46,986 nucleotides of DNA from Candidatus Poribacteria bacterium (lineage in GTDB: Bacteria; Poribacteria; WGA-4E; WGA-3G), in NCBI GenBank assembly GCA_009845545.1, contig VXZK01000018.1, positions 1-46,986 of the forward strand. Reading direction: 5' to 3'. Shown piece by piece: positions 37,103 through 46,913 of the stretch. Both the position numbers and the translations under genes were made by a program. Numbering within the stretch: the stretch's first letter is position 1; the number at the start of each line of letters is the position of its first letter. Under the pieces are notes generated by a model. It was not told the origin of the DNA. It worked only from the letters and a program-made list of their open reading frames with translations, and ran no database searches.

Positions 37103-37131
37103 TTGTCAACGCCACAGCTTTGTGGTATAAT
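37103..37131 (+). promoter_or_regulatory. Putative sigma70 promoter of the glycosyltransferase cluster
   Basis: TTGTCA (37103-08), 17-bp spacer, TG-n-TATAAT (37126-31). Confidence 0.6.
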
Positions 37132-37166
37132 AAAGAACACTTTAACAGTACAGGCAAGGAAAAGTT

Positions 37167-38231
37167 ATGCGATCCCGCGCCCTGAAAAACAGTGATCCGC
37201 TTCTTAATATCAATAAAATGCTGGTCATCCGTGTTGATGGTATCGGCGACCTTTTGAACTCAACACCGGCGATTGCATTGTTGCGGGAAAATTATCCATC
37301 CGCAGAAATAACAGTATTAGCGCGCCCGCTTAACGCCCCTGTGTTAATCGGTAACCCTGACGTGGATCGGATTCTAATCTTTGACCGAGATGGCAAGCAC
37401 AGCGGGCTCTTAGCACGATTCCAATTTTATCGTGAATTACGCCGGGAGCGGTTTCAACTCGCCGTTGCCATGCAGACAGCGATGTGGACCCATCTTGTGG
37501 CTTTTCTCTCAGGTGCGACTTACCGCTTAGGACGTTATCAGAAACGCTTCAGATCCACCCTTACCCACGCGTGGCTCGGTAGATACCGAAAAGGGGAAAC
37601 CCACGAAGTCGACAGGAATTTGGAACTGGTACGACTCATCTGTGCCGGAGAAGGCAAACGGGAACTCATCTTCGAGTTGTCGCCTGATGAGATTGCCGCT
37701 GCTGAGGCACAGTTTGCCTCGTTGGGTATCGGTAAGGATGCTTTTCTGATTGGTATCCACCCCGGCGGGAGTTCGTTTGATAAACGCTGGCCCGAAAAGC
37801 AATACGCTGAACTCGCTGACAGGTTCGCGCGACACTACAATGCAACGATCCTTCTTTTATGCGGTCCTGAAGAAGCAGAATTGGTGCAGAACATTCAAGC
37901 GGCGATGCAATCCGATGCTCTAACTTACGCGCCGGAGACGATTCGTGCGCTGGGTGCGCTGCTCTCCTGTTGCGACTTGGTCGTCTGTAATGATTCCGGT
38001 CCGATGCATCTCGCTGCGGCATTGGACGTCCCGACAGTCGCGATTTTCGGTCCCACTGACCACGTAGCCTGGCATCCGTTAAGCGAAAATGCCTCTATCG
38101 TGCGACGGGATATGCCGTGCTGGCCCTGCAGTGCGCATAAATGTAAAATCGGGTGGGAATGCACGAAAAAACTTCCCGTTGAACCGGTTTGGGATGCAAC
38201 CATACTAACCATAGAGGCAAGCGAAAAATGA
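37167..38231 (+). CDS. Glycosyltransferase family 9 (LPS heptosyltransferase-like)
   Basis: IRVDGIGDLL, IGIHPGG...KRWP, CNDSGPMHLAAALDVPTVAIFGPT, C-terminal CWPC...C...C. Confidence 0.9.
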   Translation: MRSRALKNSDPLLNINKMLVIRVDGIGDLLNSTPAIALLRENYPSAEITVLARPLNAPVLIGNPDVDRILIFDRDGKHSGLLARFQFYRELRRERFQLAVAMQTAMWTHLVAFLSGATYRLGRYQKRFRSTLTHAWLGRYRKGETHEVDRNLELVRLICAGEGKRELIFELSPDEIAAAEAQFASLGIGKDAFLIGIHPGGSSFDKRWPEKQYAELADRFARHYNATILLLCGPEEAELVQNIQAAMQSDALTYAPETIRALGALLSCCDLVVCNDSGPMHLAAALDVPTVAIFGPTDHVAWHPLSENASIVRRDMPCWPCSAHKCKIGWECTKKLPVEPVWDATILTIEASEK

Positions 38232-39460
38232 AAATTGTCGTCGTCTGCTGGGGATCAACGGGAGATGTCTATCCGGTTTTAGCACTGTCGGAGCGTTTAT
38301 TGGCACGTGGGCATCAGGTACGTGTCTGTTCACCCGCACTCTATAGAGATAAGATTCTTGAGGTTGGCGCGGAATACTATGAGATAGGCGTTGCTTTTGA
38401 TTTAGCGGAATTCCACGCGGCGATGGATGCTATTATTCCGAAGCGTGACCCGACCGCGATGCTACGATTGATCGTGAAAGAGGGGATTGTGCGTCGCGGT
38501 GAAAAGTGGTACCAAGATTGTTTAGCGGCAATGAAAGGGTTTGATATAGCGATCTGTCATTCAGTCGATATTCCGGGACAGGAGGCTGCGATTCGTAATG
38601 GAATTCCGTGGCTCACTGTAACGTATTGTCCAGGTTTCATCAAGTCTTTAGACTTCGCGCCTTATCCGTTCCCAAATTGGGGACGCATCTGCAACGCTAT
38701 TGTGTGGAAATTGGCGGAGCTCCGTCTTGCCTCAAGTATAGATACACTCTTTAACCAATTTATTGCGTCCGTCGGCGGAGAGCCGAGGTCTTCCGTGGCG
38801 TTAGATGGCATGTATTCGCCACATCTAAACCTCATTGCTGCATCTCCAGTGCTTTGTCCACCAGCTGATTTTCCCTCGAATCACAAATTCACGGGAGTCT
38901 GGCATCTTGCGTCGCCTTCTTATACACCACCGATGGAACTTGTCGATTTTTTAGCGGCGGGTCCGCCCCCTGTCATTATAACGTTTGGCTCCATGGGCGG
39001 ATCCAACGGACGTGAGACAACAGAAATCCTAATTGAGGCTGTCAAAAAGACGAACCAACGGGCAATTATTCAGGCGGGATGGGGACAACTCGGCACACCA
39101 GAGACATTGCCGGACATCTATTGCACAGAATATGTCCCGCACCAGTGGTTATTTCCACAAGGGTGTTGTGTTGTGCACCATGGTGGCGCGGGGACGACCG
39201 CTTCGGTGTGTCGTGCGAAAGTTCCGTCTATTGTCGTAGCACATCACGCGGATCAGCCGTATTGGGGAAAACGGCTATTCGATTTAGGGGTGGCACCGCG
39301 GCATCTGTACCGTCGAAGCCTTACCGCCAAGCGTTTGGCAGAACGGATCCAGCAAGTCTTGGAAACGCCCGCGATGACTACGCGTGTTCAGGTTTTAGGA
39401 GAACAGATGGAAACAGAAGATGGTTTGACTGCAGCTGTTGACTTGATTGAATCTTTTTAA
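38228..39460 (+). CDS. Glycosyltransferase GT1/GT28 (sterol or glycopeptide glycosyltransferase-like)
   Basis: WGSTGDVYP, ITFGSM, VPHQWLFP, VVHHGGAGTTA, ADQPYWG; ATGA overlap with the upstream gene. Confidence 0.88.
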   Translation: MKIVVVCWGSTGDVYPVLALSERLLARGHQVRVCSPALYRDKILEVGAEYYEIGVAFDLAEFHAAMDAIIPKRDPTAMLRLIVKEGIVRRGEKWYQDCLAAMKGFDIAICHSVDIPGQEAAIRNGIPWLTVTYCPGFIKSLDFAPYPFPNWGRICNAIVWKLAELRLASSIDTLFNQFIASVGGEPRSSVALDGMYSPHLNLIAASPVLCPPADFPSNHKFTGVWHLASPSYTPPMELVDFLAAGPPPVIITFGSMGGSNGRETTEILIEAVKKTNQRAIIQAGWGQLGTPETLPDIYCTEYVPHQWLFPQGCCVVHHGGAGTTASVCRAKVPSIVVAHHADQPYWGKRLFDLGVAPRHLYRRSLTAKRLAERIQQVLETPAMTTRVQVLGEQMETEDGLTAAVDLIESF

Positions 39461-39472
39461 GGAGTTAGGAAA

Positions 39473-39979
39473 ATGCTAAACTTGTTTGACATTCCAATGC
39501 ACGACAGAGAAGGCTTTATTGAAGCTTTAGAAAGACTTGAGGAAAAAACAACTGCTGTTGCGTGGGAGTTTTTGGAGCGTGAGATTCCCGGCGTTGTTGA
39601 CGATGAGGCGTTCGACGGACTGTGCTGGTACGATATCGCCGAAGTAGAACTTGACTTAACCCTGCAAGAAATGATGGCTCTAACAACTTTTGACCCTATA
39701 GGTATCAGTATAGATGCGATGGACATGCACGGACGAAATCCGCTCAGTGACGTGCAGTATCTTCACAGCCTTTATGAATGGTGGGAGGTATTACAAAAAG
39801 ATCGCGAAACACTTGAGAACCTTTTTCAAAACAAAGTCGTTTCTGAAATACTCGAGGAAATACACACCGTTCTAAAAGTCTATAGTATCCGTTTTGGTAG
39901 CATAGAGAACGTTCACAGGTTCTGTGAAAACGCAAGGCGGGAAGCAATGGATGCGTGGTTAAAAAACGAGAAGCGTTAA
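39473..39979 (+). CDS. Hypothetical acidic helical protein
   Basis: 168-aa ORF with an AGGA RBS and no recognisable motif. Confidence 0.65.
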   Translation: MLNLFDIPMHDREGFIEALERLEEKTTAVAWEFLEREIPGVVDDEAFDGLCWYDIAEVELDLTLQEMMALTTFDPIGISIDAMDMHGRNPLSDVQYLHSLYEWWEVLQKDRETLENLFQNKVVSEILEEIHTVLKVYSIRFGSIENVHRFCENARREAMDAWLKNEKR

Positions 39980-40055
39980 ACCCTTTCCACTTCAATATTA
40001 TTTTTTCTTTTTACTCAATTTGCGTAAGTCTTGATTAAAAAATCTTTGATAAAAA

Positions 40056-41075
40056 ATGTTGAAGAAAATTCTCGTCTTTAGTTTCTCTTTTATCGGTGAT
40101 GCGGTCCTGTCTACTTCAGTTATCCAACCCCTGCGAAGACACTTTTCGGATGCACATATTACCTTCCTTGTCGGACCGCGAGCCTTTGACCTCCTTGCGA
40201 CCGATCCCAATATCGATGCAGCATTGGTTTATGACAATCGAGGTGAACACGCCGGTTGGAAAGGACGGCTGCGTCTCATAAAAACCTTACGACGTGACAA
40301 ATTTGATCTCGTTGTGAACCTGCGAGATAGTCTTACGGCGCGGTGTATTGGTGCGGAACATTGGGGAATGGTTCGCGGTGAGAGCAATCGGCATGCTGTT
40401 ACCCGCTACCTGGAGGTGCTTCAGAGACATGACATTGAGACAACGGATGCACATCCACATTTACAATTCACTGAAGATGAACAGACTATAGCGCGCTGTT
40501 TTCTCACCGAAGCAGATATTCCCTCGGAACGGTTGTTAATCGGCATTCATCCGGGTGGCAATTGGGAATATAAGTTGTGGGACGCGAAGAACTACGCGCA
40601 ACTCGCGAACGCCCTATGCAAAGAACAGAACGCTTCGATTTTACTTTTCGCCGGTCCAAACGAACGCGAACTTCAAGCAGGTGTCGCGAAGATAATGGAC
40701 GTTCCGCCAATCCTTGTCAAAACCGAAAACCTACGCCACCTCGCGGCGTTAATCTCAGTGTGTGATGTGTATATCGGGAATGACACGGGACCGATGCATA
40801 TCGCTGCGGCTGTGGATACCCCGGTAGTTGCGCTTTTTGGGTCAACGAACCACATTCGGAGCGGTCCCTATGGCGAGAAACACGCGGTTTTGCAGAGTGG
40901 AATAGAGCTGGGCTGCAACCCGTGTCATCCGGGTCGGCATCCGGGGGGCTGCGGTGCTGGCAGTTGTGAGGTGATTGCGGGGATTACAGTGGAGCCGGTT
41001 CTGGCAGCAGTGAAGCGTTACACTTCCTCAATTTCAATTCCTAATGCCCGTAAATTCTCCTTAAACTCATCATAA
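40056..41075 (+). CDS. Glycosyltransferase family 9 (LPS heptosyltransferase-like)
   Basis: FIGDAVLST, IGIHPGG..YKLW, IGNDTGPMHIAAAVDTPVVALFGST, CNPC...C...C; 3' end overlaps the convergent ATPase gene. Confidence 0.9.
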   Translation: MLKKILVFSFSFIGDAVLSTSVIQPLRRHFSDAHITFLVGPRAFDLLATDPNIDAALVYDNRGEHAGWKGRLRLIKTLRRDKFDLVVNLRDSLTARCIGAEHWGMVRGESNRHAVTRYLEVLQRHDIETTDAHPHLQFTEDEQTIARCFLTEADIPSERLLIGIHPGGNWEYKLWDAKNYAQLANALCKEQNASILLFAGPNERELQAGVAKIMDVPPILVKTENLRHLAALISVCDVYIGNDTGPMHIAAAVDTPVVALFGSTNHIRSGPYGEKHAVLQSGIELGCNPCHPGRHPGGCGAGSCEVIAGITVEPVLAAVKRYTSSISIPNARKFSLNSS

Positions 41076-43804
41076 GCATCTTGTGAGATTTTGCCATCGG
41101 AGGCTTTTAACTCAATCTGCATATTTTGAAATTTGGCTTGCAATTGATTGAGATGCTGTGCCACATTGCTTACCTTTCCTTGTGGTAATGTAAATCGGAT
41201 GTCAATTGTTTTTTTAGGTTCAGGTGGATCCAGACGCGGAGGTTCAACAATCGGTGGATCCGGACGCGGAGGTTCAACAATCAAATCTATGCAAAGTGAC
41301 GCTTGGATTAGAATTTCATTATCACCTAAAGTAATCGTTGAAAGTTCTTGCCTGAAAACACGTGGAATGGTTTCATCGTCTATTTTTTCACCGAGTCCAA
41401 ATGTACCCTTCCGAACGCCTTCACGGATTGCTGTTTCCCAAACTTCGCGAAGGGGTCGCGGTTCGTTGGTAGACTTTGGATTGTATTGGAACGGCAGAGA
41501 TGTTGAAATTGTTTCGTTTTCCTTCAGATAGTCACGCAAGATTTCTTCTGGTGTCATACTTTCGCGAATGAGGTTCGGTTGGGTAATCACCTCAGCATCG
41601 GTGAGGGTGACCTCCGATAATGGCGTGTTAAAAGCGCGTGGCACGAGTCTATCAACTGCTTTCTCACCGATCCCAAATATCCCAGTTTCAACACCTTTAC
41701 GAATACCTCCTATCCACGTCTGGCGTTGGACGCGTTTTTCGCCTGGGGTACGGAGACAGGTGTTGAGCAACTGTACGGTTGATACAGTGTCGTTATTTTG
41801 CAGATAAGCAATAGCGATATTTCGGGGCCCGAGGTTTGTGGCAATTGCATTCTTAACACAGAGCAGATCGTAAACCACCTCGTCAAATGGAGGTGTCATA
41901 CCAACGACGGGAAGTCCGAGGTCTTCCTCAGTAAATCCATCTTTTTTTGGGACGAGCACCGTCCGATAGTCCCGCCTCAACGCACCTTCCAAACTACTAT
42001 TAGACTGCTTTAGTGCGTCATCTACCTCCCTTTTTTGCTCCCTTGATAAGTTGAGGGAGGTATCCTTCTTAATCTCTTCGTAAGCGATAATTTTTCTGGT
42101 TTCTGCTTTGAGTTCTGTTGCTTCGCCAGTGGCGGGGAGAATAAAAAAGAGGGTATTGCGATAGATACGTCGTGTCTCGCCTCGATTCTCTATAAGGTCT
42201 TGGCAAAATGGGTCATCACGTCTATCTAAAACTATCAATTTCAGAGTCTCATCATCGGGGACGGCCATACCATCTTTGGGCAGGGGATAGATTTTGAGGC
42301 GCGCCTCACGACCCGCTTTGAAACTTGTTCGGAGTTGCGCGGCGACGCGTGCTTTGACGACTTCAGGGTCTACGTTCTCCATTCGGGTTTGGACAATCCG
42401 GTTTAAGTTCGGTTGCGTGTCAAAATAGGCTTTGCCGTTCTCGGTGCGGAGGAAAAAGAGATATTCGGTGAGTCGGTGTTTTGCAGCATCAATGATAGCT
42501 GCAGGATGTTCCAGAACAGCAACACTCCGTTTGATCTCCTCCAATGTTGCTCCGCGCTCCATGCCGCCTGTAAAGGAATAGAGAAAGATAGCAGTCGCCG
42601 TGCGCGTGCCTAATGCCAAATGTTGATAGGTGCCTCCCGATGTTTTGTCAACGGCTTTAGCGCCCGCAGTGTGTCCCGTAATGTCGTTGTTGATGATCCC
42701 GCGGTAGGAGGCATCAATATGTTCTAAGAGTTCACCACGAATGTCACTGTCGGTGAGGTCGAAATCGGCGAGCGTGATGTAGGGACGGTTTTTACCACTT
42801 GCCCGACGTACAACGCGTGAGAGAAACCTAAGAACGCCACGGGTTCGCTGGAAATTCGGGAAGCTGCCCCATCTATTATAGAGGACATCAATGACTTCCG
42901 GCTGGAACGGGTAACTTTCCATGAATTGTTTGCGATATTCAGATTCTTGAATGCCGGGCGGAAGGATATTCTCCTGTCTGGCGTATTTTGCGAATTCTTG
43001 GGCGACTCGCTTGACTTCATTGGAATTGACCTCCCCAAAAAGCCGTTTCCGAATGATACTGGCGATTTCGGTGTCTTCAACTGGTGTAACCACGCGTTTC
43101 ATGCGTGTAAGCAGATCGGTGAAGAGGGGGTATTTCTCTTTGATAGGTGCGACTTCACTCTCTTGTAGAGTTGCGACGAAAGTGGTTCGTTTGTTAGCTG
43201 CGACTGCTTCTGTCAACGACAACATAAATGCCAAGGTCTGTTCTGCTAACGTGCTGTCCTGGACAGACACACCTGCGGCGCGTTCAAGGTAATTAAGCAC
43301 TTCGTCCATTAGGATGAGTACTGGTTTTTGTGTTTGCGTGAATAGGTCGGAGAGGCTATCGCTGCCGGGTGCGACTTGCGTTGTAAAATTTTGGAAGCTG
43401 CCTGTGAGTTGTTGTTCAATGGCTCCCCAGAAGGTGTCGCCATTTCCCGGGTCCATTACTGAACCGACAATCACTACGGGGATAGCGTTCCACTCTTTCG
43501 CTTTGTGATAGAGGGCGATAAGCGTGTGCGTTTTCCCACCGCCGAAGGGGGTCTGGAGTTGGATGATCGGATCCTGGTTTTGCCGGTTGCGTCCTTTCAA
43601 GCGACCTTCTATGCCAGAAAGGAGTGTCTTGAGTCCGTCTGTAATGTGGGTTCTCTCGAAAAACCGCTGGGCATTTCTGTATTCAAGGGGTCCTTCATTT
43701 TGAACGACTTGTCCGAGTCTCGCAGCATAAGTGTCTGCTGTAAACCTGCCTTTCAATATATCGCTGTGCGGTTTCGCAATGGTTTCAAAAGGGGATAGTC
43801 TCAT
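41018..43804 (-). CDS. DUF499 family AAA+ ATPase (BrxC/PglY-related)
   Basis: PHSDILKG, FFERTHITDGL, Walker A QTPFGGGKTH, Walker B LILMDE, SYPFQPE, PNFQRTRGVLRFL, FDTQPNLN, YRNTLFF. Likely start is ATG 43804 with an AAAGGA RBS. Confidence 0.88.
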   Translation of the reverse strand: MRLSPFETIAKPHSDILKGRFTADTYAARLGQVVQNEGPLEYRNAQRFFERTHITDGLKTLLSGIEGRLKGRNRQNQDPIIQLQTPFGGGKTHTLIALYHKAKEWNAIPVVIVGSVMDPGNGDTFWGAIEQQLTGSFQNFTTQVAPGSDSLSDLFTQTQKPVLILMDEVLNYLERAAGVSVQDSTLAEQTLAFMLSLTEAVAANKRTTFVATLQESEVAPIKEKYPLFTDLLTRMKRVVTPVEDTEIASIIRKRLFGEVNSNEVKRVAQEFAKYARQENILPPGIQESEYRKQFMESYPFQPEVIDVLYNRWGSFPNFQRTRGVLRFLSRVVRRASGKNRPYITLADFDLTDSDIRGELLEHIDASYRGIINNDITGHTAGAKAVDKTSGGTYQHLALGTRTATAIFLYSFTGGMERGATLEEIKRSVAVLEHPAAIIDAAKHRLTEYLFFLRTENGKAYFDTQPNLNRIVQTRMENVDPEVVKARVAAQLRTSFKAGREARLKIYPLPKDGMAVPDDETLKLIVLDRRDDPFCQDLIENRGETRRIYRNTLFFILPATGEATELKAETRKIIAYEEIKKDTSLNLSREQKREVDDALKQSNSSLEGALRRDYRTVLVPKKDGFTEEDLGLPVVGMTPPFDEVVYDLLCVKNAIATNLGPRNIAIAYLQNNDTVSTVQLLNTCLRTPGEKRVQRQTWIGGIRKGVETGIFGIGEKAVDRLVPRAFNTPLSEVTLTDAEVITQPNLIRESMTPEEILRDYLKENETISTSLPFQYNPKSTNEPRPLREVWETAIREGVRKGTFGLGEKIDDETIPRVFRQELSTITLGDNEILIQASLCIDLIVEPPRPDPPIVEPPRLDPPEPKKTIDIRFTLPQGKVSNVAQHLNQLQAKFQNMQIELKASDGKISQDAYDEFKENLRALGIEIEEV
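41223..41282. repeat. 30-bp tandem duplication encoding a Pro-rich linker
   Basis: GGTGGATCC[A/G]GACGCGGAGGTTCAACAATC x2, encoding IVEPPRPDPP-IVEPPRLDPP. Confidence 0.85.
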
Positions 43805-43837
43805 GTTTATCCTTTTTCTAAAATCGTATCCTGACAA

Positions 43838-46498
43838 TCAGAAAAGCTTTCCTTCTTCAGGTTGTTCCAATAGATTTTGTACTTCGCGTTGGATAGTGGT
43901 TCGGTCGGCAAGCCATCCGTCCAGCCATTGGCGTTCCTGGCTTTCCGTTGATAGTGTTTTGCTAATTTGCTGGGCGACGTTCCATATCAACTCACTTAAA
44001 CCGATGCTGTCTTTTGAGAGACATTTGATCATTTCGGGGCGATTTCCTGAACGCCACAAGAGCAAGACATGGTGCAGAATATCTATCAACTCCTCACTCT
44101 TGCAGAGGTCTTTCTGTTCTCTTTCTTGCGGTCCTAACACGCGCACGTTTGTTTTTTCCTGCTGGATGAAGCTGCCTTCCCCCCATTCATCTTTGAGTTC
44201 AATACCAACGGAGAGCGCGAGTTCGTGGGCATCGTTAAAGATTACTAATTTTTCCGCGTGTTCCCGCCGCCAACGGAGATAGAATCGCGTGAGTTTTGTG
44301 CCAGCTACGCCAGCTTGCTCTCCATCAAAACGTTCTAATATTTCTCGAATGTCCGCTATCATTCCATCCGCGCGAATGTCAGTGTCATTGTCGTCAATTA
44401 CTTGTTTGTATTTGCCGAACACCTCAATTCCGCTACCAATAGCGGCAATGAACAAGTCCGCTCCTGAGAACCCTGATTCCCACAACGTAAAGAGTTTCTG
44501 TTTAAGGTGATCCTCTAACTCTTTTTTTACATCTTGGTAAAGCCCGTACGCTTCCCGTTTCCTTTTGCGTGCCACCATATAAATAGAGGAGGCAAGGGCT
44601 GCGGAATCCATCGCTCTCAAACGAGATTTCATCTCAGTGTCAATCGGCCATGCTCCTGTAATTACTAGTCCTGAGTCCAGCAGAGCGTTAATCAATGTTT
44701 CCCAACCTTCGGTTGACTTGTGAGCATAAACGATGACAGCAATACCGTTCGGTTTCAATACCCGATGTATTTCCCTAAACGCTTTGGAGAGTCTGTCTTC
44801 AAAAAACTGCTTTCCAGCTGCTACTCCTCCACCCCGGTGACCATACATAACGATTTCGTCATCTTTCGGAGTCATTAATTCATCAAAGAACTCAGGATAG
44901 AGTTTGCCATTACTCCGTTTGAACCATACGTAAAAAAAATCGGAGAGGTAGGCATAAGGGACATTATCGTAGTAAGGCGGATCAGTTACCACTGCATCAA
45001 ATGTATCATCTGAATAAGGGAGCAATGTTGATGATGCTTGCTGCACGACAGATGGTTTTACGCTCATTTGAACCAAATGTTTGAGAGGTTTCAGAAGGGT
45101 TTTTAATCTATCTTCTGCCTTACGTAAAGCATTCGCTTCAGCATAATCCCAGACCATCGGTTGCGCTGCTCTACCAAAAACATGTCCTAATGTTTCACTA
45201 GTATTTGTCCATGTACAAAGATTTGATAAATTATCCACTATTTGATTCAGCCAAAGTCCAAGGTAAGTTGAAACTGTTCGAGCATAGTCGACTTTATAGT
45301 CCTGAGCGATCATCTCTGAATGTACATTTTTTATCTTTTCGGTTAAAGAGATGAGGGCAAGTTGCTGGCGAGCGTTGAAAAGCTCACCATATACGTTTAG
45401 ATTATAATTGTGAATTGCAATCGCTCGCTCTGCCCCTTGACCTTTTAGTTTGGGTATTGGCTCGTCCGGTACTGGATCAAATCCCCAATTCTCTATGAGA
45501 AATTCACGTTTTTCTGATAGCTTCCTTTGGGCGTGACTGAAAACCGTTTTATCTTTTTCTCTGGGAAGGCGATAGTGTTTTCCCGGGATGCCTCGACGTT
45601 GCAGAACTACACTGAGAAGCCGTTCTCCTGATTTTCTTTTTTGAAATAGCACCTGTTTTTCTTTGGATGGAATAGTAGTGTTGCAAAGAGGGCAGGTAAC
45701 TATTCCATTCGTGACAGTTCCTTCTCCTGGGTTAAAATCAATTGGCATTGCTTCATGGGTCGTCCCAACAATACGAAAGGCAATTTGTCCATCCTTTTCA
45801 TATGGAAAAAGTGCTATCTTTTTCTTTTCATTCTTTGCCAACCAAAACTTCTTGACGAGCGGAATAACAGCATCACAATGGAAATTCTGACATGGTAGGG
45901 TGCGTGCCCAGATGTAGGTAAAAATGTCAGAACCGTCAGGTTCCTGAGGGTAGAAAGGTGCTAACTCTTCCGTCAACCGTTCAAGAATTTGATATCCCCA
46001 CTTTTTAACGTCGTCATGGAGACGCTGCCCATATTTTTGTGGAAATTCAAGCGTACACTTCTGAATTATCACGGCAATAGGGTTTAGGTCACAGGAGTAG
46101 GTCTCACATCCAAGACGTTGCGCCTCTAATGGAATAGAACCACCACCACCGAAAGGATCAAGGACTTTAGGAGGTCTTCCACCGTGGGATTCTAGTACAT
46201 CTTCTCTTGCTTGTTGAATCCAAAGAGGCTTGAGGGCATTTTCCCATTTAGAAAGTTCAGCGATGAAATCGTGTTTAGGCGGACGTAGTGTATTATTATT
46301 CCTCGTTAAATTTATTTCATTGGACCTGGGATTGTCTACGAGGGCAGCATATGCAGTAGCACGTGATGGGCCGAGGGGCCGGCGTGCCCACCAAGTGTGA
46401 ATTCCAGTAATTTGATGTTTATATTTATCGCGGCGGCCTTGTTCACTCACCTCTTCAACAGGGAAGGCAACTTCAATGATGCGTTTGTTGTCACTCAT
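43838..46498 (-). CDS. DUF1156 domain adenine-specific DNA methyltransferase
   Basis: KRIIEVAFP, IHTWWARRPL, VLDPFGGGGSIPLEAQRLG (motif I), Zn-ribbon Cys pairs, MVWDYAEAN, VTDPPYYDNVPY (motif IV), YAHKSTEGWET. Confidence 0.92.
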   Translation of the reverse strand: MSDNKRIIEVAFPVEEVSEQGRRDKYKHQITGIHTWWARRPLGPSRATAYAALVDNPRSNEINLTRNNNTLRPPKHDFIAELSKWENALKPLWIQQAREDVLESHGGRPPKVLDPFGGGGSIPLEAQRLGCETYSCDLNPIAVIIQKCTLEFPQKYGQRLHDDVKKWGYQILERLTEELAPFYPQEPDGSDIFTYIWARTLPCQNFHCDAVIPLVKKFWLAKNEKKKIALFPYEKDGQIAFRIVGTTHEAMPIDFNPGEGTVTNGIVTCPLCNTTIPSKEKQVLFQKRKSGERLLSVVLQRRGIPGKHYRLPREKDKTVFSHAQRKLSEKREFLIENWGFDPVPDEPIPKLKGQGAERAIAIHNYNLNVYGELFNARQQLALISLTEKIKNVHSEMIAQDYKVDYARTVSTYLGLWLNQIVDNLSNLCTWTNTSETLGHVFGRAAQPMVWDYAEANALRKAEDRLKTLLKPLKHLVQMSVKPSVVQQASSTLLPYSDDTFDAVVTDPPYYDNVPYAYLSDFFYVWFKRSNGKLYPEFFDELMTPKDDEIVMYGHRGGGVAAGKQFFEDRLSKAFREIHRVLKPNGIAVIVYAHKSTEGWETLINALLDSGLVITGAWPIDTEMKSRLRAMDSAALASSIYMVARKRKREAYGLYQDVKKELEDHLKQKLFTLWESGFSGADLFIAAIGSGIEVFGKYKQVIDDNDTDIRADGMIADIREILERFDGEQAGVAGTKLTRFYLRWRREHAEKLVIFNDAHELALSVGIELKDEWGEGSFIQQEKTNVRVLGPQEREQKDLCKSEELIDILHHVLLLWRSGNRPEMIKCLSKDSIGLSELIWNVAQQISKTLSTESQERQWLDGWLADRTTIQREVQNLLEQPEEGKLF

Positions 46499-46530
46499 GT
46501 ATCAATCCATTCATCTAAAAAATTGCGGAT

Positions 46531-46559
46531 ATGATACCAGACAGTGACTTAATTGTCAA
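46531..46559 (-). promoter_or_regulatory. Sigma70 promoter of the DUF1156-DUF499 operon
   Basis: Minus strand TTGACA (46559-54), 17-bp spacer, TG-n-TATCAT (46536-31); 32 bp upstream of the ATG. Confidence 0.65.
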
Positions 46560-46601
46560 ATTTATTTTCAATAATGCCTTTATAGGAACAGTCTATAGGC
46601 T

Positions 46602-46913
46602 TTAGAATATTAGGGCAGAAGCAATTTTGAGCAGATCGTAGAGGAAATTTCCGAAAACGGCTATAACCAAACATCCTAAGATATACCTATGTTTTCGTAC
46701 AGTATCTGTTGAACTTTTGTACTCAACAATCGGAAAAATCCATCTGGCATAGTCAAACAGTATTTTGAATACGTTTAGCATCAAGAAGAACAAACAGACA
46801 TAGGCTCCGTTTTGAACAAATACAGAAAGTCCGCCAAACATTCTATTTATCAGCTCTGATGATTTATATGCCATCCAAAATGCGAAGGGAAAACCTACAA
46901 GGAGAAGCAGCAA
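46602..46913 (-). CDS. Hypothetical membrane protein (probably the C-terminal part of a longer or frameshifted gene)
   Basis: Three hydrophobic segments, weak TTG start, in-frame stop just upstream at 46940-38; close to the window edge. Confidence 0.4.
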   Translation of the reverse strand: MLLLLVGFPFAFWMAYKSSELINRMFGGLSVFVQNGAYVCLFFLMLNVFKILFDYARWIFPIVEYKSSTDTVRKHRYILGCLVIAVFGNFLYDLLKIASALIF

